Shown here: piece after piece, positions 17,857 to 27,412 of the stretch
Layout of the letters: the number at the start of each line of letters is the position of its first letter
How positions within the stretch are numbered: position 1 is the first letter of the stretch
Assembly (NCBI GenBank): GCA_035762085.1
Contig: DASTPT010000032.1
Location: 1,954 to 65,953, forward strand
Length of the DNA stretch: 64,000 nt
Source of the DNA: Actinomycetota bacterium
GTDB lineage: Bacteria > Actinomycetota > UBA4738 > HRBIN12
Direction: 5' to 3'
Program-made: the position numbers and the translations under genes
Notes under the pieces: model-generated
What the model was told of the DNA's origin: nothing
Databases searched by the model: none
The model's input: the letters and a program-made list of their open reading frames with translations, nothing else

Positions 17857-18516
17857 CTATCCGTCGGCCGCGCGGTACCCGACGCCGCGGACCGTCTCGA
17901 CCAGGCTCTCGTGCTCGGGGCCGAGCTTCGCCCGGAGACGGCGGACGTGGACGTCCACCGTCCGGGTGCCGCCGTAGAAGTCGTACCCCCAGACCTCGCG
18001 AAGGAGCGTGGGACGGGTGAAGACGCGCCCAGGGCGCTCGGCGAGGAAGCGCAGCAGCTCGAACTCCTTGTACGTGAGATCGAGCGTGCGGCCGGCCACC
18101 GTCACCGCGTAGGAGTCGACGTCCATCGTGAGGGTCCCGAGGCGCACGACCGTGTCCGTCGAGCCCCCGACCCGGCGGCGCAGCATCGCCAGGCGGATCC
18201 GGATCTCGGGCTCGGACGCTCCCGGGTAGAGCAGCTCGTCGGCGAGCGTCTCCCACGGGAACCGCTCCAGGTCGCGGCGCTCGACCACGACGACCGTGGG
18301 AACCGCGGTGTCCAGGTCGCGGACGGCGCGCAGCACCGCGTGGCCCTGCCCCGGGTTGTCCGCCGCGTCGATCAGGAGGACCTGTGGTCGCAGGGCGAGC
18401 ACCTCGGGCACCGCGGCGACCGAGAGCTCCTCGGTCTTCAGGTCGAGCAGTAGCGCGCCGAGCGCGGGGAGCGCCTCGTCGGCGCGACGGTCCGAGAGCA
18501 GCGCGTGCAGGCCCAT
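17857..18516 (-). CDS. glnR: Nitrogen response regulator GlnR (OmpR-family orphan response regulator)
   Basis: C-terminus LDLTYKEFELLRFLAERPGRVFTRPTLLREVWGYDFYGGTRTVDVHVRRLRAKLGPEHESLVETVRGVGY is near-identical to mycobacterial/streptomycete GlnR. Atypical receiver domain. ATG at 18516. Confidence 0.85.
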   Translation of the reverse strand: MGLHALLSDRRADEALPALGALLLDLKTEELSVAAVPEVLALRPQVLLIDAADNPGQGHAVLRAVRDLDTAVPTVVVVERRDLERFPWETLADELLYPGASEPEIRIRLAMLRRRVGGSTDTVVRLGTLTMDVDSYAVTVAGRTLDLTYKEFELLRFLAERPGRVFTRPTLLREVWGYDFYGGTRTVDVHVRRLRAKLGPEHESLVETVRGVGYRAADG

Positions 18517-18568
18517 GGGATGGTCCAGGGTACCCGGTCGGCTCCGACGCCGGTACCCTTGACCTGCG

Positions 18569-18808
18569 ATGACGATCCGCGTTCGGCTGTTCGCCGCGCT
18601 TCGGGACGAGGCGGGCGCGCCGGTGGTCGAGGCCGAGGGCCGAACCGCCGGCGAGCTGGCCGACGCCCTCGGCGTGCGGTTCGGGGAGCGCTTCGCGGCG
18701 ATCGCATCCACCGGGTCGCTCGTGGTGAACGGCGAGCGCGCCGGCCGCGACACCCCGGTCGTCGAGGGGGACGAGGTCGCGCTGCTCCCCCCCGTGTCGG
18801 GCGGCTGA
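18569..18808 (+). CDS. MoaD/ThiS-family sulfur-carrier protein (C-terminal Gly-Gly)
   Basis: 79 aa, ending ...LLPPVSGG. MoaD-like beta-grasp pattern (MTIRVRLFAALRDEAG...). Confidence 0.8.
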   Translation: MTIRVRLFAALRDEAGAPVVEAEGRTAGELADALGVRFGERFAAIASTGSLVVNGERAGRDTPVVEGDEVALLPPVSGG

Positions 18809-18868
18809 CCTACGGCCGAGCGCGGAGGGCGCGTTCGTCGGCATCCTGCGATACTCGGTCGCACGTCC

Positions 18869-19783
18869 ATGCGCTTCCGCGACGTCCTCCTCATCGTCAA
18901 CCCGGTCGCCCGGACCGTCTCCAAGCCGACCCTGGCCGTGATCGAGAAGGCGCTCTCGGCCGACTTCCGTCTGGAGGTTGCCGAGACCAAGCAGCGGGGC
19001 CACGCGAGCGAGCTCGGCGCGCAGGCGGTGGCCGACGGCGTCGACCTGGTGATCGTGTTCTCGGGAGACGGCACGATCAACGAGGTCGTGAACTCGCTCG
19101 CGGGGACCGAGACTGCGCTCGGGGCCTTGCCCGGCGGGGCGACGAACATCCTCGTCCGCGCGTTGGACCTGCCGCTGGACCCGGTCGAGGCCACGGGTGT
19201 GCTGATCGCGAAGGCGCTCGACGACGCCTGCTTCCGGCTGCACCTCGGTCGTGCCGATGGCCGGTACTTCGCGGTGAACTGCGGGGCGGGTGTGGACGCG
19301 GCCGCGATGCGGCGCCTGGACGCGAAGTTCCCGAAGACGAAGTCCACGTTCGACCGCGCAGCGTTCCGTGCCGTGGCGCGCGAGCTCCTGATCGGCTACG
19401 CGGGCCGCCGACCGGACCTCGGCGTGCAGGTCGACGACGAGGAGGTCGTCCCCTCGCTCTCGGTCATGGTCGGCAGGACCGACCCGTACACGTACTACCG
19501 GGAGCACGGCATCCGGATGACGCCGGAGGCGTCGCTCGACGAGGGCCTGGACGTGCTCTCGGTCCGCAAGCTCGCCCGCCGGAGCGTCCCCCGGATCGCA
19601 TGGCAGGTGTTCGGCTCGGCCCGGCACGTGCACGGCCGCGACATCGACTACTGGCACGACGCCAGCCGGGTGGTCGTGACCTCGGAGACCCCGTTCCCGG
19701 TCCAGGTGGATGGCGACGTGCTCCGCGACCGCACACGCCTCGAGGTCACGCTCGCGCGGGACGCGCTCTGGGTGGTGGCCTAG
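18869..19783 (+). CDS. Diacylglycerol-kinase catalytic-domain (DAGK_cat, YegS-like) lipid kinase
   Basis: LLIVNPVAR...VFSGDGTINEVV...GGATN motifs of the DAGK_cat family. Confidence 0.75.
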   Translation: MRFRDVLLIVNPVARTVSKPTLAVIEKALSADFRLEVAETKQRGHASELGAQAVADGVDLVIVFSGDGTINEVVNSLAGTETALGALPGGATNILVRALDLPLDPVEATGVLIAKALDDACFRLHLGRADGRYFAVNCGAGVDAAAMRRLDAKFPKTKSTFDRAAFRAVARELLIGYAGRRPDLGVQVDDEEVVPSLSVMVGRTDPYTYYREHGIRMTPEASLDEGLDVLSVRKLARRSVPRIAWQVFGSARHVHGRDIDYWHDASRVVVTSETPFPVQVDGDVLRDRTRLEVTLARDALWVVA

Positions 19784-19799
19784 GAGGGACGTCCGCGGC

Positions 19800-20555
19800 C
19801 TAGGAGTTCTGGTCCCGCGTGAGGTCCACCACGCCGGTCGCGGCCTCGCGCTGGTGGATCCCGCACTCCCACTTCGAGAGCCCTGCCCAGCGGCCGGCGC
19901 GCTCGGGCTCGCCCTCGAAGCGCATCCGTGTGCACGGCGCGCAGCCGATCGACGCGTACCCGAGGTCGTACAGCGGGTTGTGCGGGAGGTCGTTCTCCTT
20001 CAGGTACGCCCAGGTGTCGCGCCGCGTCCAGTTGGCGACCGGGTTGATCTTCAGCATCGGCCGCCCCGGCTCGAGCTCGTAGCGGTCCAGGATCGGCGCG
20101 GTCGCCCTCGTGGGCGAGGAGTCCCGGCGGAACGCGGTCACCCACGCGTCCAGCTTCTGCAGTGCGTCGAACATCGGGCGCACCTTGTTGACGTCGCAGC
20201 ACAAGCCCGGGTCTCGCTCGTACAGGCGCTCCCCGAAGGTCGCCTCCTGCTGCTCGACCGTGTAGGCGCCCACGAGGTCGGTGATCGTCACCCCCAGGCG
20301 TTCCGAAAGCTGCTCCTTGAACGCGAGCGTCTCGGCGAAGTGGAAGCCCGTCTCGAGGAAGAGGATCTCGACGTCCGGTCGGACGAGCGAGGCCATGTGC
20401 ATCACGCACGTCCCCTCCGCCTGGAAGGCGGACGCGAGCGCGATGCGCTCGATGCCCGATCCATCCAGGGCCCAATGGACGATCTCCCGCGGGGTCGCGG
20501 TCTCGAACCGGCGGTTCAGGGCGCGGAGCTCGGGATCGGAGATGAGGGTGTGCAT
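19800..20555 (-). CDS. cysH: Phosphoadenosine-phosphosulfate / adenylylsulfate reductase (CysH, Fe-S type)
   Basis: PAPS-reductase fold with CC...ECGIH cysteine cluster typical of APS reductases. GGAAGGGG RBS. Confidence 0.85.
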   Translation of the reverse strand: MHTLISDPELRALNRRFETATPREIVHWALDGSGIERIALASAFQAEGTCVMHMASLVRPDVEILFLETGFHFAETLAFKEQLSERLGVTITDLVGAYTVEQQEATFGERLYERDPGLCCDVNKVRPMFDALQKLDAWVTAFRRDSSPTRATAPILDRYELEPGRPMLKINPVANWTRRDTWAYLKENDLPHNPLYDLGYASIGCAPCTRMRFEGEPERAGRWAGLSKWECGIHQREAATGVVDLTRDQNS

Positions 20556-20689
20556 CGGGGAAACCCCTTCCGAGAGGTCCCCGCAGCATACCGCGGGTGC
20601 ACGGAGCGCGTTCCACCGTCCCGCGTCGGTATCCTGGGTCCGACCCGGCCGGACGATCCCCCGGCGAACCCGACGGAAGGACTCGATGC

Positions 20690-21856
20690 ATGACCACGAA
20701 CGACACCATTACGCCCCACGGCGGCACGCTCGTGAACCTGCTGGCCGAGGGAGCCGAGGCCGAGGCGCTCGCGCAGCGGGCGGCGAACCTACCGAAGATC
20801 GTCGTCAACCCCCGCGAGCTCTCGGACCTGGAGCTCTTGACGGTCGGCGCGCTCTCGCCGCTGACGGGGTTCCAGGGTGAGCGCGACCACCGCTCGATCC
20901 TGGAGACGATGCACCTGGAGAACGGGCTGCCGTGGTCGATCCCCGTCACGCTGTCGCTGGACGAGGACGAGGTGAAGCGGATCGGCGGTGCGGAGGCCGT
21001 GGCCCTGCTGCCGGAAGAGGGCGCCGACCCGATCGCGGTCATCGAAGTGACCGAGGTCTTCAAGCGCGACCGCCAGAAGGAGGCGCTCGGCGTGTTCCGG
21101 ACCGAGGACCTGGAGCACCCGGGCGTGAAGGCGCTGCACGAGGCGGGCGACTTCTGCGTGGCCGGGCCCGTGCGGGCGATCCGGCTCCCCGAGCACGCCG
21201 ACTTCCTCGAGTACCGCCTCACCCCCGCGCAGACGCGCGCCGCCTTCCGCGAGCGCGGATGGCGGACGGTGGTCGGCTTCCAGACCCGCAACCCGATCCA
21301 CCGGGCGCACGAGTACATCCAGAAGTGCGCGCTCGAGATCGTTGACGGGCTGCTCGTGCACCCGCTGATGGGCGCGACGAAGGGCGACGACGTGCCGGCC
21401 GACGTCCGGATGCAGTGCTACGAGGCACTGTTCGCCGGCTATTACCCGAAGGACCGGGCGATGATCAGCATCTTCCCGGCCGCGATGCGCTACGCGGGCC
21501 CTCGGGAGGCGATCTGGCACGCGATCTGCCGGAAGAACTACGGGTGCACCCACTTCATCGTCGGGCGGGACCACGCCGGTGTCGGCACCTACTACGGCAC
21601 GTACGACGCGCAGGAGATCTTCGAGGAGCTCGAGCCCGGCGAACTGGACATCACGCCGCTGATGTTCGAGCACTCCTTCTGGTGCAACGCCTGCGAGGGC
21701 ATGGCCAGTCCGAAGACGTGTCCCCACGGTGAGGAGACCCGTGTGTCGCTCTCGGGTACGCGGGTGCGCGAGATGCTCCGCGCCGGGGACCGGCCGCCGA
21801 TCGAGTTCTCGCGGCCGGAGGTCGCGGACATCCTGATCGCGGCCATGAAGGAGTAG
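20690..21856 (+). CDS. sat: Sulfate adenylyltransferase (single-subunit ATP sulfurylase, Sat)
   Basis: QTRN and GRDHAG motifs (VVGFQTRNPIHRAHE, FIVGRDHAGVG). ATG at 20690 with GGAAGG RBS. The ORF-track start at 20597 is an upstream extension. Confidence 0.88.
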   Translation: MTTNDTITPHGGTLVNLLAEGAEAEALAQRAANLPKIVVNPRELSDLELLTVGALSPLTGFQGERDHRSILETMHLENGLPWSIPVTLSLDEDEVKRIGGAEAVALLPEEGADPIAVIEVTEVFKRDRQKEALGVFRTEDLEHPGVKALHEAGDFCVAGPVRAIRLPEHADFLEYRLTPAQTRAAFRERGWRTVVGFQTRNPIHRAHEYIQKCALEIVDGLLVHPLMGATKGDDVPADVRMQCYEALFAGYYPKDRAMISIFPAAMRYAGPREAIWHAICRKNYGCTHFIVGRDHAGVGTYYGTYDAQEIFEELEPGELDITPLMFEHSFWCNACEGMASPKTCPHGEETRVSLSGTRVREMLRAGDRPPIEFSRPEVADILIAAMKE

Positions 21857-21917
21857 CCGTCTCGGCGAGGCCGTTTTGCCCGGGTGGAGGGGGCTCTGGT
21901 AGCCTCCCGAACGGCCT

Positions 21918-22979
21918 GTGACGCGGCGCCGGACGACCGAAGGAGGCCGAACGACCGCTCCCAGGAGGCCCCGCACGACTTCCCTCGCCCTGGCCCTGAT
22001 GGCCGGGCTCCTCGTCGTCTCCTCGGCGCTCACGCTGCCCGCCGCCGCCGGGACGAAGGAGCAGCTCGAGGCCGCCAAGCGCGACCTGGCGCGGACCCAG
22101 GATCAGCTCGCCGCCGCCACCGCCGAGTGGCAGGCCGCCGAGCGCGATCTGGAGGCGACGCGGCACGACGTCGTGGTCACGAGGGATCGCATCGCGCGCC
22201 TGCAGGAGAGCGTCGACCGGATCGAAGGGCGGCTCGAGCGCCGCGCCGTCGTCGCGTTCGAGGCGGGTGCCGGCAGCACGATCGACCTGCTCCTGTCGTC
22301 GGAGTCGTTCGCCGACTTCTCGGCGCGCCTCGAGTTCCTCGGCAGCGTGACGCAGTCCGACTCGGATCTGATCGTCGAGCGGGACGTGGCAGAGGAGGAG
22401 CTCGTGCGCGAGCGCGACGAGCTGCTCCGGCTCGAGGAACGGCAGCAGAACCAGGCGACCGAGCTCCAGGGCGTCCGCGAGCGCATCCAGGACTCGTTCG
22501 CGCGGATCGACGACCTAGTCGACCGGCTCACCCAGAAGTACAAGTCCGAACAGAAACAGCTGCAGGTCCTCGGGCAGAGCCCCGACCCGAACTCGCCGAT
22601 CCAGGTCTGCCCGGTGGCCGGGCCCAACTCCTTCGTGGATTCGTTCGGATGGCCGCGCGTCGGGCACACCCACCAGGGGACCGACCTGATCTCGCCGGCC
22701 GGGACGCCCGTCGTGGCGGCACACCCCGGGACGGTCTCGCACAGCTCCAGCTCCTCCGGCGGGATCCAGGCGTACGTGCGGGCGTCGAGCGGCACCTACA
22801 CGTTCTACGCGCACCTGTCCGGGTACAGCGGCGCGTCGGGGAACGTCGGGGCCGGGACGGTGATCGGGTACGTCGGCAGCACCGGCAACGCGGGCTCGAC
22901 GAACCACCTGCACTTCGAGTACCACCCCGGCGGCGGCGCCGCGATCAACCCGTACCCGATGCTCGTGGCGGTCTGCTGA
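21918..22979 (+). CDS. M23-family peptidoglycan metalloendopeptidase with an N-terminal coiled-coil
   Basis: C-terminal LytM/M23 motifs (HTHQGTDL...GSTGNAGSTNHLHFEY) after a long coiled-coil region. Signal/TM near the N-terminus. An alternative start lies around 21999. Confidence 0.8.
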   Translation: MTRRRTTEGGRTTAPRRPRTTSLALALMAGLLVVSSALTLPAAAGTKEQLEAAKRDLARTQDQLAAATAEWQAAERDLEATRHDVVVTRDRIARLQESVDRIEGRLERRAVVAFEAGAGSTIDLLLSSESFADFSARLEFLGSVTQSDSDLIVERDVAEEELVRERDELLRLEERQQNQATELQGVRERIQDSFARIDDLVDRLTQKYKSEQKQLQVLGQSPDPNSPIQVCPVAGPNSFVDSFGWPRVGHTHQGTDLISPAGTPVVAAHPGTVSHSSSSSGGIQAYVRASSGTYTFYAHLSGYSGASGNVGAGTVIGYVGSTGNAGSTNHLHFEYHPGGGAAINPYPMLVAVC

Positions 22980-23040
22980 GCGCCCGACGCGGCGCGGCAC
23001 GATACGATTCGCCCGACCCCCTCGGTCCGAAGGAGCGCGC

Positions 23041-23565
23041 GTGAGCGATCAGGGCAACCGTCGCATCGACCACATCCGCCGGCCCGAATTCGTGCAGGGC
23101 GTGGAGGACCTCTCGCTCGACGAGCTGCGGCGGCGCCGGGACGAGTGCCTGGCCGAGCGCGAGTACCTGTCGTTCCTCCGGCGGCTGCTCCAGGGCCGCG
23201 CCGAGATCCTGCGGGCCGAGCTCGAGCGCCGGGACGGCCTGGCCGAGGGCTCCCTCGTCGAGAGCCTTGCGACGATCCTCGGCGGCGAGGCGCAGGGCCC
23301 GGCGCGTGGCGAGGCGGTGAAGGTCGGCCTTCCCGAGGACGAGATGCTCCTCGCGCGCCGACGGGTGGAGCGCCTGGTCTCCGACGTCGCGATCTCCGAT
23401 CCCGGGCAGCTCGGCGACGAGCGTCTGACCGAGGTCGCCGACCTGCTCGTCCAGGAAGAGCAGGAGGTCTCGCGCTCGCGCGCGGAGGTGATCGAGGTGC
23501 TCGACCGGCTGCAGGACGAGCTGAAGCGCCGGTACCGCGATGACCCCTCGCTCGCCCTGACGTAG
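23041..23565 (+). CDS. Hypothetical conserved protein (174 aa, charged and coiled-coil-like)
   Basis: High-GC3 ORF with no overlap. No domain recognised. Confidence 0.5.
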   Translation: MSDQGNRRIDHIRRPEFVQGVEDLSLDELRRRRDECLAEREYLSFLRRLLQGRAEILRAELERRDGLAEGSLVESLATILGGEAQGPARGEAVKVGLPEDEMLLARRRVERLVSDVAISDPGQLGDERLTEVADLLVQEEQEVSRSRAEVIEVLDRLQDELKRRYRDDPSLALT

Positions 23566-23725
23566 GTCCATCGCCCGCCCGTCCGGGGGAAGCCGTCGGC
23601 CGTGTCCGACCCACCCGTCGGTCCGACGGGGGATGCGCTGGGCGGAGGACATCTTGAGCCTGGATGCCCATGGACCTGTCGGGTGGCTCACGTAGGCTTT
23701 CCCGCGGAACGTTTCCCGACCCAAG

Positions 23726-24502
23726 GTGGCTGCGATGGACGGATCCGACCTCGGCCTGGCGCCCGTGACGTTCACGGACCCCGAGCTCCCCGCGGTGCAC
23801 GAGCAGCTGATCGTCTTCGCGCGGGAGCTGGGGGAGCTCTACCGGCTCGAGCGGGCACGGAGCGCCGAACTGGAACGGGTCCTCGCCAGCCTGCAGGAGA
23901 CGTACATCGCGACGATGAAAAGCCTCGCGCAGGTGATCGAGGCGAAGGACGCCACGACGCGGGGCCACCTGGACCGCACGCAGGCCTACGGGCTCTCGCT
24001 GGCCGGTCGCGTGGACGAGGACCTGGTGACCGAGGAGCTGGGGTACGGGTTCTTCCTCCACGACGTCGGCAAGGTCGGGATCCCCGAGCACATCCTGTGC
24101 AAGCGGGGCTCGCTCTCGGCCGAGGAGTGGCAGGTGATGCGGACCCACCCGCTCGTCGGCGCGCAGATCGTGGCCCCGATCGCGTTCCTCCGAGGCGCGG
24201 TCGAGCTGGTCCGGCACCACCACGAGCGGTTCGACGGCAGCGGGTACCCGGACGGTCTGCGCGGCGAACGGATCCCGCTCGCGGCACGGGTCTTCGCGGT
24301 CGCCGACTCGTTCGACGCCATGACGAGCGACCGGCCCTACCGGAGCGCCATGGGCGTCGAGCGCGCGCTCGCCGAGATCCGGGGCGGCGCCGGCACGCAG
24401 TTCGACCCCGAGATCGTCCGGGTCTTCGTGCAGATGATCCGCGAGGACCCTCCGGTGCTCGAGGCGCCGGACGAGGGCGGGCTGTCGGCGCGGGCGGGGT
24501 AG
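23726..24502 (+). CDS. HD-GYP domain c-di-GMP phosphodiesterase
   Basis: HD...HHERFDGSGYP motif (HD-GYP). Confidence 0.8.
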   Translation: MAAMDGSDLGLAPVTFTDPELPAVHEQLIVFARELGELYRLERARSAELERVLASLQETYIATMKSLAQVIEAKDATTRGHLDRTQAYGLSLAGRVDEDLVTEELGYGFFLHDVGKVGIPEHILCKRGSLSAEEWQVMRTHPLVGAQIVAPIAFLRGAVELVRHHHERFDGSGYPDGLRGERIPLAARVFAVADSFDAMTSDRPYRSAMGVERALAEIRGGAGTQFDPEIVRVFVQMIREDPPVLEAPDEGGLSARAG

Positions 24503-24559
24503 GCACCAGCACGCACGACCTCGTGCCGCCCGTTCGTCCCCGCCGATAGGCTCGTCGCG

Positions 24560-25537
24560 ATGCCGAGCGCCCAGCCGATCGTCCGCCTCGTCCGTTCCGG
24601 GCTCGAGGAGTCCGTGCACCTCGGGCACGTCGCGGTGGCCGACGCCGACGGGCACCTGGTGGCCCGGCTCGGCGATCCGTTCCACGCCGTGTTCCTCCGG
24701 TCCGCGACGAAGCCCGTCCAAGCTGCGGTCTCGCTGTCGCTGTTGGGCGAGGGCCTGCCCGCGCGCCTGATCGCGGCGCTCTGCGGCTCGCACAACGGGG
24801 AGCCGGTGCACGTGGCGGCCGCGCGTGCCGTATTGCGCCGCGAGGGCCTGGGCGTCTCGGCGCTCCGATGTCCGCCGGCGCTGCCGCTCGACCGCCGGGC
24901 GATGCTCCGGTCGGGCCGGGCGCGGCGCGTCTTCCACAACTGCTCGGCCAAGCACGCCGGGATGGCTGCGGCGAGCGCCCGCGCCGGCCTGGACGTGAGG
25001 ACGTACCCAGAGCCTCGGCATCCGCTGCAGCGGCGGGTGCTCCACGCGGTCCGTCGCGGCACCGGGGTGGAGCGGCCGAGGATCGGCGTCGACGGTTGCG
25101 GCGTGCCGGTCCACGGCGTGCCGCTCGCGGCCGCCGCGACGCTGTACGCCCGGCTCCTCGCGCCGGAGCGCTTCGGCCGCCTCGGGCCGTCGGTCGAGCG
25201 CGCGGTCGACGCGATGCGCGCCGAGCCGTACCTGGTCGCCGGTCGCGGACGGACGGACACCGCCGTGATGGCGGCGGTACCCGGGCTCATCGTGAAGGTC
25301 GGGGCCGAGGCGCTGCACTGCGCCGCGGTCCCCGCGCTCGGTCTCGGCGTCGCGGTGAAGGTGGCCGACGGCGGCGAGCGCGCGAGCGGTCCCGCCCTGA
25401 TCCACGCCCTTCGGCTGCTCGGCGCGATCGAGGACGCGCAGGTCGAGCGGCTCGGCCGGCACGCGCGCCGCCCGGTCACCGGCGGCGGGCGGCCGGTGGG
25501 TGAGATCGTCGCGGCGTTCTCGCTTCGAACGCGCTGA
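24560..25537 (+). CDS. L-asparaginase II family protein (Pfam Asparaginase_II)
   Basis: Resembles Rhizobium-type asparaginase II (…TKPVQA…CSGKHAGM-like NCSAKHAGM). Confidence 0.65.
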   Translation: MPSAQPIVRLVRSGLEESVHLGHVAVADADGHLVARLGDPFHAVFLRSATKPVQAAVSLSLLGEGLPARLIAALCGSHNGEPVHVAAARAVLRREGLGVSALRCPPALPLDRRAMLRSGRARRVFHNCSAKHAGMAAASARAGLDVRTYPEPRHPLQRRVLHAVRRGTGVERPRIGVDGCGVPVHGVPLAAAATLYARLLAPERFGRLGPSVERAVDAMRAEPYLVAGRGRTDTAVMAAVPGLIVKVGAEALHCAAVPALGLGVAVKVADGGERASGPALIHALRLLGAIEDAQVERLGRHARRPVTGGGRPVGEIVAAFSLRTR

Positions 25538-26933
25538 GCCGATCGGCCGAACGGCGCACGCACCACTCCGCCACCCAGCCCGGGCGCTCGTTCGGTGGAG
25601 GCTCCCGTACCATCGTGCCGTGGTGGCGAACCTCGACGGCCCGCGCCCGGTCGGCCCGCGTCCGCGCGTGGCCGTCGTGAGCCTGCACACCTCACCTCTG
25701 GACCAGCCGGGCACCGGCGACTCGGGCGGCATGAACGTGTACGTGCGCGCCGCCGCCGAGCAGCTCGCGCGTCGGGGCTTCGACGTCGACGTGTTCACGC
25801 GCCGACGCGCCCCCGACATCGCGGAGATCGAAGAGCTGGCGCCGGGTGGGCAGGTGGTCCACGTCACGGCGGGGCCACGGGCGCCGGTCCCGAAGGACGA
25901 GCTCGCCCCGCACATCCCGGAGTTCCTCGAGGGCGTGCTGCGACGGAGCCGGGCGGTGGGCGGCTATCACCTCGTCCACACCCACTACTGGCTGTCCGGC
26001 GTCATCGGGGTGCGCGCCAGGGACGCGTGGGGGATCCCGCTCGTCTCGTCGTTCCACACCCTGGGGAAGGTGAAGAACTACTCGCTCGCCCGAGGTGAGC
26101 GCCCGGAGTCGGCGCAGCGCCTGGCCGGCGAAGCGGAGGTCGTCGCGTGCGCGGACCGGATCATGGCCGGGACCCCCGCCGAGGCGGCACAGCTCGTCGG
26201 CCTGTACGGCGCGGATCCCGAGCGCGTCCGGCTCGTCCCGCCGGGGGTCGATCACGCGGTGTTCTTCCCACGATCGCGGCACGCCGCATCGACCCAACTG
26301 CACATGGCCGACGTCCGGCTCCTGCTGTTCGTCGGCCGGCTCCAGCCGCACAAGGGACCCGACATCGCGGTCCGGATCCTTGCCGAGGCGCTCGCGCGCG
26401 ACCCCGACAGCACGCAGGATGTCGTCCTTGCGATCGTCGGGGGGCCGAGCGGCGCCGACGGCGCCGAGATCGCGCGGCTGATGGATCTCGCCGGGGCGCT
26501 CGGCGTCGAGGAGCGGGTGATGCTGTTCCCACCGCAGCCTCAGGTCCGCCTGGCCGACTTCTACGCGTCGGCCGAGGTCGTGCTCATGCCCTCCCGCTCG
26601 GAGTCGTTCGGGCTCGTCGCGCTCGAGGCGCAGGCCTGCGGGACGCCCGTGGTCGCCGCCGCGGTCGGCGGGCTCCGCTACGTCGTGGACGACGGGGTGA
26701 GCGGGCACCTCGTCGAGGGTCACGACCCCGCCGATCACGCCGAGCGGGTCCTGGACCTGCTGCGCGACGACGCCCGGGCGAAGCGGATGGGCGAGGCGGG
26801 CGTGGCGCACTCGCAGCGATTCTCCTGGGATGCGACGGCCGAGGAGATCCTCGCGGTGTACGGAGAGCTTCGGGACGGCACCGCGTCGGGGCGCCGATGG
26901 ACGCCGATCGTCCATGGGGTCGGTTCCGCGTAG
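25500..26933 (+). CDS. mshA: D-inositol-3-phosphate glycosyltransferase MshA (mycothiol biosynthesis, GT4)
   Basis: VAVVSLHTSPLDQPGTGDSGGMNVYV and the remaining GT4 motifs match MshA. The start is uncertain because the ORF-track start overlaps the upstream gene by 38 nt; a downstream GTG is possible. Confidence 0.8.
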   Translation: MRSSRRSRFERAEPIGRTAHAPLRHPARALVRWRLPYHRAVVANLDGPRPVGPRPRVAVVSLHTSPLDQPGTGDSGGMNVYVRAAAEQLARRGFDVDVFTRRRAPDIAEIEELAPGGQVVHVTAGPRAPVPKDELAPHIPEFLEGVLRRSRAVGGYHLVHTHYWLSGVIGVRARDAWGIPLVSSFHTLGKVKNYSLARGERPESAQRLAGEAEVVACADRIMAGTPAEAAQLVGLYGADPERVRLVPPGVDHAVFFPRSRHAASTQLHMADVRLLLFVGRLQPHKGPDIAVRILAEALARDPDSTQDVVLAIVGGPSGADGAEIARLMDLAGALGVEERVMLFPPQPQVRLADFYASAEVVLMPSRSESFGLVALEAQACGTPVVAAAVGGLRYVVDDGVSGHLVEGHDPADHAERVLDLLRDDARAKRMGEAGVAHSQRFSWDATAEEILAVYGELRDGTASGRRWTPIVHGVGSA

Positions 26934-27058
26934 CGGTTGCAGCGCAAGACGTCACGAGCACGCGCAGCACGCCGTTGCTGGACCCGACACCTTCTTGTCA
27001 CTCTTTATCCCGACCCCGCTACCTGCGCATTCATGCATCTACCTGCGGGTTCGTCAGG

Positions 27059-27087
27059 TTGACCCCTCCCCGGCCCGCCGATACATT
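27059..27087 (+). promoter_or_regulatory. Candidate sigma-A-type promoter (TTGACC-17 nt-TACATT) driving a long leader or sRNA
   Basis: Near-consensus -35/-10 with 17-nt spacing inside a 470-bp lower-GC intergenic region. Confidence 0.4.
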
Positions 27088-27094
27088 CCGTATC

Positions 27095-27372
27095 GCTCCG
27101 AGCAGCCGGAGCGGCTGAGTCAGGGAACCGACGCGGGGACCCCTGGGAAAGCCGTAAGGCCGACTGGGCGCACCTGGTCGTACGGTTGGGAAGGCCAACT
27201 AGCTGTGCGGGCGGGGAGGCTCGGAAGGCCCCAAAGCCCAACGAAAGGGTCTACCGCCAGGAAACCAAGACAGCTGCCTGAGGTTGCTCGGAGCACCTGA
27301 GCCCGAGGGGCTGAGGGTGACCGGAGGCTTCGGCTTCCGGTGAGCCCGAGGTCCCTCGGGTTCTTCCTTTCC
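27095..27372 (+). ncRNA. Candidate structured 5' leader or sRNA (~280 nt), ending in a GC hairpin plus T-rich tract upstream of tetR
   Basis: No credible ORF in the region. Multiple strong hairpins (CCGGAGGC-TTCG-GCTTCCGG; CCCGAGG-TCC-CTCGGG followed by TTCTTCCTTTCC). Repeated TGAGCCCGAGG motif. GC content below the window average. Confidence 0.35.
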
Positions 27373-27412
27373 CCAGCGTCTTTCCGGCGTCCATCCGCCC
27401 CCTCGTCGCTCA

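Noticed and set aside
17117-19657. 846-aa minus ORF and 17857..19347 minus ORF spanning glnR, moaD and the DAGK gene
   Set aside because: Only the C-terminal 219 codons (glnR) show real homology. The upstream part is low-complexity, and the plus-strand MoaD and DAGK genes are well supported.
22805-25915. 1036-aa minus ORF antisense to the HD-GYP, asparaginase and mshA genes
   Set aside because: Low-complexity antisense artefact. Plus-strand genes have clear catalytic motifs.
26940-27412. Hypothesis that the non-coding region encodes RNase P RNA, tmRNA or SRP RNA
   Set aside because: None of the universally conserved motifs are present. These are GGAAAGUCCGG (P4) for RNase P, the tag ORF plus tRNA-like 3' end for tmRNA, and GGAAGCAGCCAAGG for SRP.
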